Origin: Patescibacteria group bacterium
GTDB taxonomy: Bacteria; Patescibacteriota; Minisyncoccia; 2-02-FULL-40-12; IGHO2-01-FULL-4-A
Reading direction: 5' to 3'
Assembly (NCBI GenBank): GCA_038064915.1
Contig: JBBTSB010000005.1
Span: 10,615-74,614 of the forward strand
Length of the DNA: 64,000 nucleotides
Made by a program: the position numbers and the translations under genes. This document shows positions 35,522 through 44,314 of the stretch, one piece after another (the first letter of the stretch is position 1; every line of letters begins with the position of its first letter). The notes under the pieces are model-generated. The model saw only the letters and a program-made list of their open reading frames with translations. It was not told the DNA's origin and did no database searches.

Positions 35522-35911
35522 TTATAAATCGGCTGCATCGATGGTTTTTTTGATGGCAGCTAGTTGTCGCTTGATGGATTCCAAATCCTTATCGATATGG
35601 TAGAGCTCGATTTCTTCTTTTTGGATTTCTGTTTCCGTTTTTTCATCCAGGCGTTTTTCCTGTTTCAATCCAGACAGTATGATTTGCTCTCCGATAAAAA
35701 ATGATACAAACGTACCCGTAAGCAGCATGATGACAAGGCTCAAGATCAGCGCGGTCCAGTGGCCGATGTAAAGTCCCGACAAATCCCAAATGCCTCGCCA
35801 AAATAAGACCACTCCTATACCTCCAATCATGGCATAGAGCACCGGATAGCGACTCAAGCGGTGCCTGATCCGATCCTCCAGTTCATCAAAAAATTTAATG
35901 ACGTTCTTCAA
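35522..35911 (-). CDS. Hypothetical membrane protein
   Basis: FFDELEDRIRHRLSRYP.LYA.IGG.GVVLFWRGIW; 2 TM plus a coiled coil; TTG start uncertain. Confidence 0.8.
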   Translation of the reverse strand: MKNVIKFFDELEDRIRHRLSRYPVLYAMIGGIGVVLFWRGIWDLSGLYIGHWTALILSLVIMLLTGTFVSFFIGEQIILSGLKQEKRLDEKTETEIQKEEIELYHIDKDLESIKRQLAAIKKTIDAADL

Positions 35912-36950
35912 GTTTGATTTGGGTTGTTATCTTTTCACCTCCACGAAGGACATATAGCGTCAGCTTGTCTCCAACCTTGGCGGCCTCCACGACATCGGCG
36001 AGTTCATTTTTTTCGGTGAGCTGGATGCCGTTGATTTCCAGGACGATGTCATTTTCCTTGAGACCACCCTTGTCGGCAGGGGAGTCTTTGACAACAGCTT
36101 CAGAGCCCGGCAGGTGGTCTTTGATAACCAGCGCACCATAATCCACGGTCAGATTATACTTTTCTTGGAGCTCTTTGTTTAGCATGATGTAGCGCAAGCC
36201 GATGTATGGGCGAATTATGCGGCCGTACTTGGCAAGTTCTTCTAGGTCGGTTTTTGCCCAGTTGATGGGAAGTGCAAAGCCGATGTTTTGGGCCCCAAAA
36301 ATAATGGCCGTATTGATACCGATGACCTCGCCGTCAAGATTTACAAGCGGCCCGCCAGAATTACCCTGGTTTATGGCAACATCGGTCTGGATGACGTGGC
36401 GAAGGTTTTCAATCATGCCCCCTTGGCCCAGCGCCGCGGAAATCTTGCGTCCGAGGCCGGAAATAATGCCCTTGGAAACCGTATTGCTAAAAAGTCCGAG
36501 CGCATTTCCGATGGCGATCGCCGTCTGGCCAAGTTCAACTTTATCTGAGTTGCCCAGTGTGGCAGTTGGTAAATCCTTCGCTTCAATCTTGAGCATTGCC
36601 ACATCATTTATGGGGTCTCGAGTAAGAACTTTAGCCTGATACTCCTTTTCGTCACTCATCACGACGGTGTACTCCGCATCTGTTTCATAAACGACGTGTT
36701 TGTTGGTGAGGATGAGGCCGTCTGGAGAGACCACAAACCCTGAACCTCCACCCACTTTTACCTTTTGTTTTTCGCCACCATCGGGAAGCGGCAGTTCCGT
36801 AAGGGGCAGAGGGAAGTGTTCTACGGGCTTGAATTCCGGCGTCAACGAAAGTTTTTGCACCTGCGGCATCATTTTTGAGATCACAATACTTACGACAGCG
36901 GGAGCGACCTTTTTGACGGTTTGAATTGTTTGTTGTTCGAGTGAATCCAT
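35895..36950 (-). CDS. htrA: HtrA/DegP family serine protease with PDZ
   Basis: GGGSGF, LTNKHVV, IQTDVAINQGNSGGPL and a PDZ domain; start ATG 36950, no signal peptide. Confidence 0.92.
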   Translation of the reverse strand: MDSLEQQTIQTVKKVAPAVVSIVISKMMPQVQKLSLTPEFKPVEHFPLPLTELPLPDGGEKQKVKVGGGSGFVVSPDGLILTNKHVVYETDAEYTVVMSDEKEYQAKVLTRDPINDVAMLKIEAKDLPTATLGNSDKVELGQTAIAIGNALGLFSNTVSKGIISGLGRKISAALGQGGMIENLRHVIQTDVAINQGNSGGPLVNLDGEVIGINTAIIFGAQNIGFALPINWAKTDLEELAKYGRIIRPYIGLRYIMLNKELQEKYNLTVDYGALVIKDHLPGSEAVVKDSPADKGGLKENDIVLEINGIQLTEKNELADVVEAAKVGDKLTLYVLRGGEKITTQIKLEERH

Positions 36951-36965
36951 GGTAAAAATAATAGC

Positions 36966-38462
36966 ATGATCAAGGAGAAGCTCCAACAACTTACTGGCGC
37001 TGAAGTCACCAAACCAAAACCTGAATTTGGGGATTATGCTGTGTTTGTTGGGAAGGAGGCTCAAGCGCTAAGCGAAAAGCTAAAAGCGCAAAGTATTCCA
37101 GAAATCGAAAAAATCGAAGTCAAAGGCCAGTATATTAATTTCTTTTTGAGTTCTGCATACGTTCAGCAACAGCTTTATTCTGATTTTGCTTTTGATCCGT
37201 ATCTGAAAGACAAGACAATCATAGTCGAGTACACGGACCCTAATCCCTTTAAGTTGTTTCACATTGGACATCTCATGAGCAACGCAATAGGCGAGTCAAT
37301 CGCGCGACTCTACGAAGCAAGTGGAGCGAAGGTGATACGGGTAACTTGGCAAGGAGACGTGGGCATGCATATCGCAAAAGCGGTGTGGGCTGATGGTGAC
37401 TATGCTGCAGGCGCAAAGGCGTTTGATGAAGATCCCAAAGCAAAGCAAGAAATCGAAGCAATCAACAAAAAAATCTATGATCGCAGCGATTTGGAGATCA
37501 ATAAGCGCTATGATGAGGGGCGCAAAGCGAGTCTAGAGTATTTTGAAAAGGAGTACGAGCGCCTGGGATCAAAGTTTGATCGGTATTTCTTTGAGAGCGA
37601 GGAGGGACCGAAAGGCCTAGCGTTGGTGAAGGCTCATCCGGAGGTTTTCGTGCCAAGCGAGGGCGCAATTGTCTTTCATGGAGAGCACACGAGAGTATTT
37701 GTGAATTCACAAGGCCTGCCGACGTATGAAGCCAAAGAGCTGGGTTTAAATCAGGAAAAGTTCAAGCTTTATCATCCCGACCTCTCTGTCATCGTCACGG
37801 GTAATGAGATCAAGGAGTATTTTCATGTGCTCATGGAGGCCATGAAACTTGTCATGCCTGACGTTGCGGAAAAAACTCGCCATGTTCCGCATGGCATGCT
37901 GCGTCTTCCGACCGGTAAGATGTCATCGCGCACGGGCGATGTGATCACCGCCGATGAACTCATTGAAGAAGTAAGGGAAAAAACAAAATCAGAAGAAGTA
38001 GCTACTGGCGCGATCAAGTACGCCATTCTCAAGCAGGGGATAGGTAATGATATTATCTTTGATCGGGAAAAATCCATAGCCGTGCACGGTGATACAGGCG
38101 TGTATTTGCAGTATACGTATGCCCGATTGATCAGTATACTGACCAAATCGGGAATTTCCAATTTCCAATTTCCAATTTCCAATGAATTTCTCAATGAAAA
38201 AAATGAACTAAACATCATTAAACATTTGATAGAGTTTCCTGATGCCGTCCGTGAAGCCACGGAGCGCATTGCACCCAATATCATGGCGCTCTACTGCTAC
38301 GAGCTGGCCAATCTCGCAAATCGATACTACGAAGAAGTGAGGATTCTTGATGATATCAATGAAGATAGAAAACAGGCACGGTTAGTGCTGGTAAGAACAG
38401 TTGCTGATATCTTAAAGCGAGGTCTAGGACTTTTAGGAATTGCGGCTCCGGAACGAATATAG
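36966..38462 (+). CDS. argS: Arginine--tRNA ligase
   Basis: EYTDPNPFKLFHIGH, KMSSRTG, GDTGVYLQYTYAR and APERI motifs. Confidence 0.97.
   Translation: MIKEKLQQLTGAEVTKPKPEFGDYAVFVGKEAQALSEKLKAQSIPEIEKIEVKGQYINFFLSSAYVQQQLYSDFAFDPYLKDKTIIVEYTDPNPFKLFHIGHLMSNAIGESIARLYEASGAKVIRVTWQGDVGMHIAKAVWADGDYAAGAKAFDEDPKAKQEIEAINKKIYDRSDLEINKRYDEGRKASLEYFEKEYERLGSKFDRYFFESEEGPKGLALVKAHPEVFVPSEGAIVFHGEHTRVFVNSQGLPTYEAKELGLNQEKFKLYHPDLSVIVTGNEIKEYFHVLMEAMKLVMPDVAEKTRHVPHGMLRLPTGKMSSRTGDVITADELIEEVREKTKSEEVATGAIKYAILKQGIGNDIIFDREKSIAVHGDTGVYLQYTYARLISILTKSGISNFQFPISNEFLNEKNELNIIKHLIEFPDAVREATERIAPNIMALYCYELANLANRYYEEVRILDDINEDRKQARLVLVRTVADILKRGLGLLGIAAPERI
38153..38180 (+). repeat. Perfect heptamer tandem repeat (AATTTCC)4 within argS
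   Basis: Read directly; encodes ISNFQFPISN. Confidence 0.9.
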
Positions 38463-38813
38463 TGCTCCCACCACTCCTCCCAGCGTGTCCATGAGTAGGT
38501 CTTTCATGGTGTCGTCAAGATCGCCCTGGAGAGACACGGGGAGAATTTGGCCCAGTACGTACTCATGAAATTCCCACAATACGCCAACTCCTATCGTCAT
38601 CCCGAGAACACAAAAGAAACGGAGCAGTTGTGAAAGTTTGCCAAATTGGGTAGCATAATAGGATGCCACAAGGAGAGCTATACCCAGGCCCCCGATAAAG
38701 TGGAAATACGTATTGCCAATTTCGATATACCATGTTCCGCCCCACCAACCTCCGGTATAGCCGAGCAAAAAGAGAACAACAAGACCAAAAAAAATAACGC
38801 GTGTTTGTCGCAT
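38433..38813 (-). CDS. Membrane protein (DUF2238/VanZ-like)
   Basis: HFIGG, GVLWEFHEY and DDTMKDLLMDTLGG; start ATG 38813. Confidence 0.82.
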   Translation of the reverse strand: MRQTRVIFFGLVVLFLLGYTGGWWGGTWYIEIGNTYFHFIGGLGIALLVASYYATQFGKLSQLLRFFCVLGMTIGVGVLWEFHEYVLGQILPVSLQGDLDDTMKDLLMDTLGGVVGALYSFRSRNS

Positions 38814-41800
38814 GGATATCAGTATAACAAAAATAGAAGAAAAAATCCTCAAATTCTGGAATGACCGGGAGATTTTCAGGCGCTCACTGGAGGCGCGTCT
38901 GGGCAAAAAGCGTTTTGTCTTTTTTGAAGGACCTCCCACCGCCAATGGACGGCCCGGGATACATCACGTTATGGGGCGTGCATTCAAGGATCTCTGGCCT
39001 AGATACAAGACCATGCGTGGATACTACGTAGAGCGCAAGGCAGGCTGGGATACGCATGGCTTGCCGGTGGAAATCGAAGTGGAAAAGGAGCTGAGCTTTA
39101 CCAATAAAAAAGAAATTGAAAAATACGGCATTGCAAAATTTAATGCCAAAGCCAAAAAAAGTGTTTGGAAGTACAAAGACGAGTGGCAAAAGCTCACGCA
39201 TCGGGTTGGATTTTGGTTGGACCTTGAGCACCCCTACATCACGTACGAACCGCAGTATATAGAGAGCCTATGGTGGGTGATAGCCCAGATCGACAAGAAA
39301 AAACTTCTCTATGAAGGTCACAAAGTTTTGCCCTGGTGTCCGCGATGCGGAACGGCGCTTTCAAGTCATGAGGTAGCGCAAGGATACAAGGACGTGACCG
39401 AAGATTCTGTTTACGTAAAGCTCAAAACCAGCAAGGGTGAGCTACTTGCCTGGACCACGACCCCCTGGACGTTGCCAGGCAACGTGGCATTGGCAGTTGG
39501 GGAGGATATTGACTACGTAAAAACAAAAGAAGGATACATTTTGGCAAAATCTCTCGTCGAAGCGGTATTGGGCAAAGCAGATATTGTAGAGGAGTTCAAA
39601 GGGAGTGAACTTGTCGGGCTCAAGTATCAGCCTTTGTTTGAGGTAAAAGCATTGCAAAATAAAAAATCGCATACGGTCTATGGGGCAGACTTTGTGACGA
39701 CCACCGACGGTACTGGCATCGTGCATACGGCAGTCATGTATGGTGAAGATGACTACGAACTGGGGAAAAAACTGGGTTTGCCCATGCACCACACGGTGGC
39801 TCCTGATGGGACGTTTACGAAGGATGTTAAAGAATTTGCGGGACGCAATGTCAAAGAAGCCGAACCAGATATTTTGAAGTATCTGGAAGCTAAAAGCTAT
39901 AAGCTAAAAGCTATAAGCTATGCCCATAGCTATCCACATTGTTGGCGGTGCAAGACTCCACTCATCTACTATGCCAAAGATTCCTGGTTTGTGGGAATGT
40001 CCAAGCTCCGCAAACAGCTTTTAAAAAATAACTCCAAAGTAAACTGGTATCCCGAGCACCTCAAAGAGGGGAGATTTGGGGAATTCCTCAAAGAGGTCAA
40101 AGACTGGGCGTTTTCTCGTGAGCGCTACTGGGGCACACCGCTTCCCATATGGAAATGTAAAGAGGGCCATCAGCGCGTGGTTGGATCATTTGCAGAACTC
40201 GAAGCGTTTCGATACGCGCCACCAACAACATTTCTGTTGGTGCGTCATGGAGAAAGTACAAGAAATGTTCCTGGCGGAGAGACACTCATTGCGTACAAAT
40301 TGGAAAGCGATACTGTTCCACTGACTGAAACGGGAAAGCAACAAATGGAAACTCTTGCGCAGAAGCTGTCGGAGAGCAAAGAAGTGGATTTGATCTACTC
40401 TTCACCATTCCAGCGGACAAAGCAATCGGCCGACATTATTGCAAAAAAACTCGGGAAAAAAGTTTTCGTTGATGAAGGCTTGAAAGAGTATGATCATGAG
40501 CATGAGGATTATGCAACACTCCGGGCGCGGATGATCGTTTGTCTGCGGAACCTTGAACGTGAATATCCCGGCAAAAAAATTCTTGTGATGAGTCATGCTG
40601 ATCCCATCATGGTGTTAAATGATTGGACATTGCCGGAGGTCGGGGAAATGCGTGAGTTTACGCTTAATAACTATCCCTATAACAAATCCGGTGAGCTTGA
40701 TCCGCACAGGCCATATATCGACGAGATTGCACTTAAATGCGATCAATGTGGGAATAAAATGCACCGCGTCAAAGAAGTCGTCGATGTATGGTTTGATTCG
40801 GGTGCGATGCCATACGCGCAGTATCACTATCCGTTCGAGAACCAAGATCAGTTTGATGCGCAGTTTCCCGCTGACTTTATTTCCGAGGCCATTGATCAAA
40901 CCCGCGGGTGGTTTTATACACTACTTGCCGTCAGCACACTCTTGGGCAAAAAGGCTCCGTACAAAAACGTCGTCTGCTACAGCCATGTTCTTGATGAGAA
41001 GGGTAAGAAAATGTCCAAAAGCATCGGCAATGTGGTCAATCCCTGGGATGTCATTGAGAAACATGGCGTAGATGCGACGCGCTGGTATTTTTATAGTGTG
41101 AACAATCCCGGCGATCCAAAGCTCTTTGCCCTTGAAGATGTAGGCAAGGTTCAGCGGGGGTTTATCACAACGCTCATGAACTGCCTTCGCTTTTATGATC
41201 TATATGCACTATCCACTAATCACTCTCCACTGAATCCAAAGCCCACGGAGCCCCTCGATGACTGGATCTTGTCGCGTCTGCATCGGCTGATTGCATTTGT
41301 AACGGAATCTCTGGACACCCTTGATCCAACTGCCGCATCGCGTGCGATAGAAAATTTCGTTGTCAATGATCTCTCAAATTGGTGGATCAGGAGATCGCGC
41401 GGCAGAGATGATATGGTAGAAATGTTGAGGTATACGCTTACTGAAACAAGCAAGCTCCTCGCACCGTTCATTCCTTTTACTGCAGACCATATCTACAAGC
41501 AGGTGAGCAATCGCAGTGAATCCGTGCATTTGGAGGATTGGCCAAAAGCGAAAAGCAAATACATAAAACCAGAATTAGAGGAAGAGATGAAAAAAGCTAG
41601 AGAAATTGTCGCACTTGGTCTTGCCGAACGAAAAAAAGCCGGAATCAAAGTTCGTCAACCGTTGGCCTCTCTCAATTCACAATGGGCCGTCGGTGTTGTT
41701 ACGCAAAAATATATTTTAGATGAAGTCAACGTAAAACTAGTTCTCTTTGCTCCGAGCCAAGCAGTACCCGTTACTATAGACACCCATATCACCGAAGCGC

Positions 41801-42036
41801 TCAAGATCGAAGGCTACGCGCGCGAAATCTCCCGTGCTATCCAGGATATGCGCAAAGACGCCGGCTACCAGATGGGGGATAAGGTGAGTGTGTTTTGGGA
41901 ATCCTCAAGCCCACAAGCAAAAGAAGCCATAGCGATGGTCAAAGACATAGAGTCCAAGAGCGGCGATACCTTTGATATTTCAAAAGAATTTGAGTTGGGA
42001 CCCAACATAAAAGTATGGCTCGGTATCAAGCGATAG
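38812..42036 (+). CDS. ileS: Isoleucine--tRNA ligase (IleRS2-type) with inserted histidine phosphatase domain
   Basis: EGPPTANGRPGIHH, GWDTHGLP, WTTTPWTLP, DQTRGWFY and KMSKS; insert with LVRHGES and SSPFQRT. Confidence 0.97.
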   Translation: MDISITKIEEKILKFWNDREIFRRSLEARLGKKRFVFFEGPPTANGRPGIHHVMGRAFKDLWPRYKTMRGYYVERKAGWDTHGLPVEIEVEKELSFTNKKEIEKYGIAKFNAKAKKSVWKYKDEWQKLTHRVGFWLDLEHPYITYEPQYIESLWWVIAQIDKKKLLYEGHKVLPWCPRCGTALSSHEVAQGYKDVTEDSVYVKLKTSKGELLAWTTTPWTLPGNVALAVGEDIDYVKTKEGYILAKSLVEAVLGKADIVEEFKGSELVGLKYQPLFEVKALQNKKSHTVYGADFVTTTDGTGIVHTAVMYGEDDYELGKKLGLPMHHTVAPDGTFTKDVKEFAGRNVKEAEPDILKYLEAKSYKLKAISYAHSYPHCWRCKTPLIYYAKDSWFVGMSKLRKQLLKNNSKVNWYPEHLKEGRFGEFLKEVKDWAFSRERYWGTPLPIWKCKEGHQRVVGSFAELEAFRYAPPTTFLLVRHGESTRNVPGGETLIAYKLESDTVPLTETGKQQMETLAQKLSESKEVDLIYSSPFQRTKQSADIIAKKLGKKVFVDEGLKEYDHEHEDYATLRARMIVCLRNLEREYPGKKILVMSHADPIMVLNDWTLPEVGEMREFTLNNYPYNKSGELDPHRPYIDEIALKCDQCGNKMHRVKEVVDVWFDSGAMPYAQYHYPFENQDQFDAQFPADFISEAIDQTRGWFYTLLAVSTLLGKKAPYKNVVCYSHVLDEKGKKMSKSIGNVVNPWDVIEKHGVDATRWYFYSVNNPGDPKLFALEDVGKVQRGFITTLMNCLRFYDLYALSTNHSPLNPKPTEPLDDWILSRLHRLIAFVTESLDTLDPTAASRAIENFVVNDLSNWWIRRSRGRDDMVEMLRYTLTETSKLLAPFIPFTADHIYKQVSNRSESVHLEDWPKAKSKYIKPELEEEMKKAREIVALGLAERKKAGIKVRQPLASLNSQWAVGVVTQKYILDEVNVKLVLFAPSQAVPVTIDTHITEALKIEGYAREISRAIQDMRKDAGYQMGDKVSVFWESSSPQAKEAIAMVKDIESKSGDTFDISKEFELGPNIKVWLGIKR
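39887..39921 (+). repeat. Heptamer tandem repeat (AAGCTAW)5 within ileS
   Basis: AAGCTAA AAGCTAT AAGCTAA AAGCTAT AAGCTAT; encodes AKSYKLKAISY. Confidence 0.9.
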
Positions 42037-42506
42037 TTCTCAAAAAACAACCCATCCGCGAACATGATGAGCTCATCATGTGCTATACACAGCATGCGGG
42101 GAAGCAGAGGTATGTGGCGAAAAGCTCACAACTGGCAAGCTCCTTACAGGGAAGTCACTTGGATGTGCTCAACCATATCTCGTTTAACCTCGTTGCGGGC
42201 AAGCATTTTGATATTCTCGCAAGCGCGCAGGCGGTGAATACGTTTCCGGAGCTGAAGTCATCGCTTTCGGCACTTGCCAACACTTTTTTTATCTTAGAAT
42301 GCTTTGATAAACTGGTGTATGACAACGAACCCGATGAGAAACTCTGGCAATTTCTCTTGGATCGTCTTGGCGATCCCGTCACCGAGCAGGAAATCATCGC
42401 TATCATGGGTCACCATGCGCCCACTCGCTTTTCTGAACTCACGCGTGCTAGAATAGTTCCATGGATCCCGTTAGAAGTCGCCCCAACGGGTAAATATCCA
42501 CGATGA
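42015..42506 (+). CDS. recO: DNA repair protein RecO (short form)
   Basis: AIVLKKQPIREHDELI.CYT..AGK..YVAK OB-fold N-terminus. Confidence 0.85.
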   Translation: MARYQAIVLKKQPIREHDELIMCYTQHAGKQRYVAKSSQLASSLQGSHLDVLNHISFNLVAGKHFDILASAQAVNTFPELKSSLSALANTFFILECFDKLVYDNEPDEKLWQFLLDRLGDPVTEQEIIAIMGHHAPTRFSELTRARIVPWIPLEVAPTGKYPR

Positions 42507-42539
42507 AACGTAATTATGAATCCTACGACTTCTAACGGG
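42466..42539. mobile_element. 74-bp MITE-like element with ATGGA direct repeats
   Basis: Perfect 16-bp IR ATCCCGTTAGAAGTCG (42465) / CGACTTCTAACGGGAT (42526); ATGGA at 42461-65 and 42540-44. Confidence 0.75.
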
Positions 42540-44291
42540 ATGGAAGATTTCAAGATAGAGTCTCTCTCACCGGCAGACGAAGGAAAACCATTGCGTTTGC
42601 CTCAATTTTCTACGGCGCTCAAAGTCGTTGCACTTGCTGTTGCCGTCCTGCTCATTGGCGGAGGTTCACTCTATGTATTTGGCAGGTCTCAGTTCAGCGA
42701 ACAGAAGATTGAATTTACCGTTAGCGGCCCTGATGAAGTTGCCGCGGGAGACGAAGCCGTGTTTGTAGTTCGCTATGAAAACACCAACCGTGCAGCCATA
42801 GAGAACGTAAGGCTGGTTTTTTCCTATCCTGTCGAATCTCTTCCGCTTCATGATGGGGCGCCCGTCCATATTACCCAAGAGGAACTGAATATCGGTACCA
42901 TCCCCGCGCACGAGAAAGGGGAGCGGCAGTTCCAAGCCATCATTGTTGGCCATCAGGGGAACGTGAAAACTGCTCGAGCAGTGTTGGGTTTTTCTCCTGA
43001 GCATCTCACCACGCAACTGCAGGTCTCCGCGGAAGCCACTACTACCATAACTACCATGCCGGTGGAGCTCAATATTGTTGCTCCCCCCACAGTATTGAGC
43101 GGCCAAACCGTAACCTATACCATTGACTATAAAAACCAAACACCAGAAACGCTTCGGAACCTAGAATTGCATGTGCGATTTCCGGATGGATTTACTGCTA
43201 CCAAGCCCAAGACGACCTGGGAGATACCGACTCTTGAGGCGGGGGAGAGCTCACGCATTACAGTCACCGGCACTATTATAGGAAACGAGCGAGAAGTAAA
43301 AACTATCTTCATTGCACTCCAAAAGGAGGTGGTGACATCGACGAGCCGTTTTGTCATTGAATTTGAAAAAGCCGATGCCTCTTCCGTGATATCCACGCCC
43401 CTGCTTTCGGCGGCGATCGGTATCAAAGGATCGCGTGAGTACACGGCTCATACGGGCGATACCCTCTCCTATACGACGACCATCACCAACACGACCGATG
43501 TTGATCTCACCAGTCTGGTGCTGACTGTCCGTCTTGATGGATCTATGTATGATATGAGCACTATTGATGGGTACGGAGGATCATTTGACGGAAGATTGAA
43601 GACGATCACCTGGAATTCATCGGTGGTTCCTGAACTTGGATTTCTCCGCGCTCACCAGAGTGTCACCGTGCTTTTTAGTGTAACGTTGAAAAACAGCTTT
43701 CCTAGTACGCTCCAGGTAAAAGACTCGTTCATCAAAGCTTCCGCGCATGTGGAAACGGTCAATGTTCCCGAATCCCTTCCTGTTGATAGTTTGAGTGCCG
43801 CAGATGAGCTCATCACGAGGATCACTACTTCACCTTCTTTTTCCCAGAGCCTGATCGTCGACGACACGCAGTTTGGGGCGTCAACACCGTACCCACCCAA
43901 AGTAGACCAGACCACAACCTTTACCGTGAAGTGGAGCGTGGCCAACCCTTCTAATGGTCTTACGCCCGCGAAGGTTACAGGAATTTTGCTCCCTGGGGTG
44001 ACGTGGAAGGGAATGTATCGTGTGGCCGGGGGGACCCAGGCACAGCCGGTGTATGACAGTAAAACCAGTACCATCACATGGAACCTCAATACGGTTCCTC
44101 CTGGCACAGGTATTGCGTCGCCGCCCTATGAACTCTTTTTCCAGGTTTCAATCACTCCTTCCGTGAATGAGGCACGGCAAACTCCAACGCTGGTAAGCGG
44201 TGCTCGTTTTGAAGGTACGGACGTCCTTACGCAAGAGGAGATTGTATTGACTCAGCGAGATTTGACTACACAATCTGCCGTACAACCATAA
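42540..44291 (+). CDS. Membrane-anchored protein with tandem Ig-like (DUF11-like) domains
   Basis: TM followed by repeated G..(V/L).Y.I.Y.N and ITW modules. Confidence 0.82.
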   Translation: MEDFKIESLSPADEGKPLRLPQFSTALKVVALAVAVLLIGGGSLYVFGRSQFSEQKIEFTVSGPDEVAAGDEAVFVVRYENTNRAAIENVRLVFSYPVESLPLHDGAPVHITQEELNIGTIPAHEKGERQFQAIIVGHQGNVKTARAVLGFSPEHLTTQLQVSAEATTTITTMPVELNIVAPPTVLSGQTVTYTIDYKNQTPETLRNLELHVRFPDGFTATKPKTTWEIPTLEAGESSRITVTGTIIGNEREVKTIFIALQKEVVTSTSRFVIEFEKADASSVISTPLLSAAIGIKGSREYTAHTGDTLSYTTTITNTTDVDLTSLVLTVRLDGSMYDMSTIDGYGGSFDGRLKTITWNSSVVPELGFLRAHQSVTVLFSVTLKNSFPSTLQVKDSFIKASAHVETVNVPESLPVDSLSAADELITRITTSPSFSQSLIVDDTQFGASTPYPPKVDQTTTFTVKWSVANPSNGLTPAKVTGILLPGVTWKGMYRVAGGTQAQPVYDSKTSTITWNLNTVPPGTGIASPPYELFFQVSITPSVNEARQTPTLVSGARFEGTDVLTQEEIVLTQRDLTTQSAVQP

Positions 44292-44314
44292 TCATGAAAC
44301 ATGAAACACAAAAC

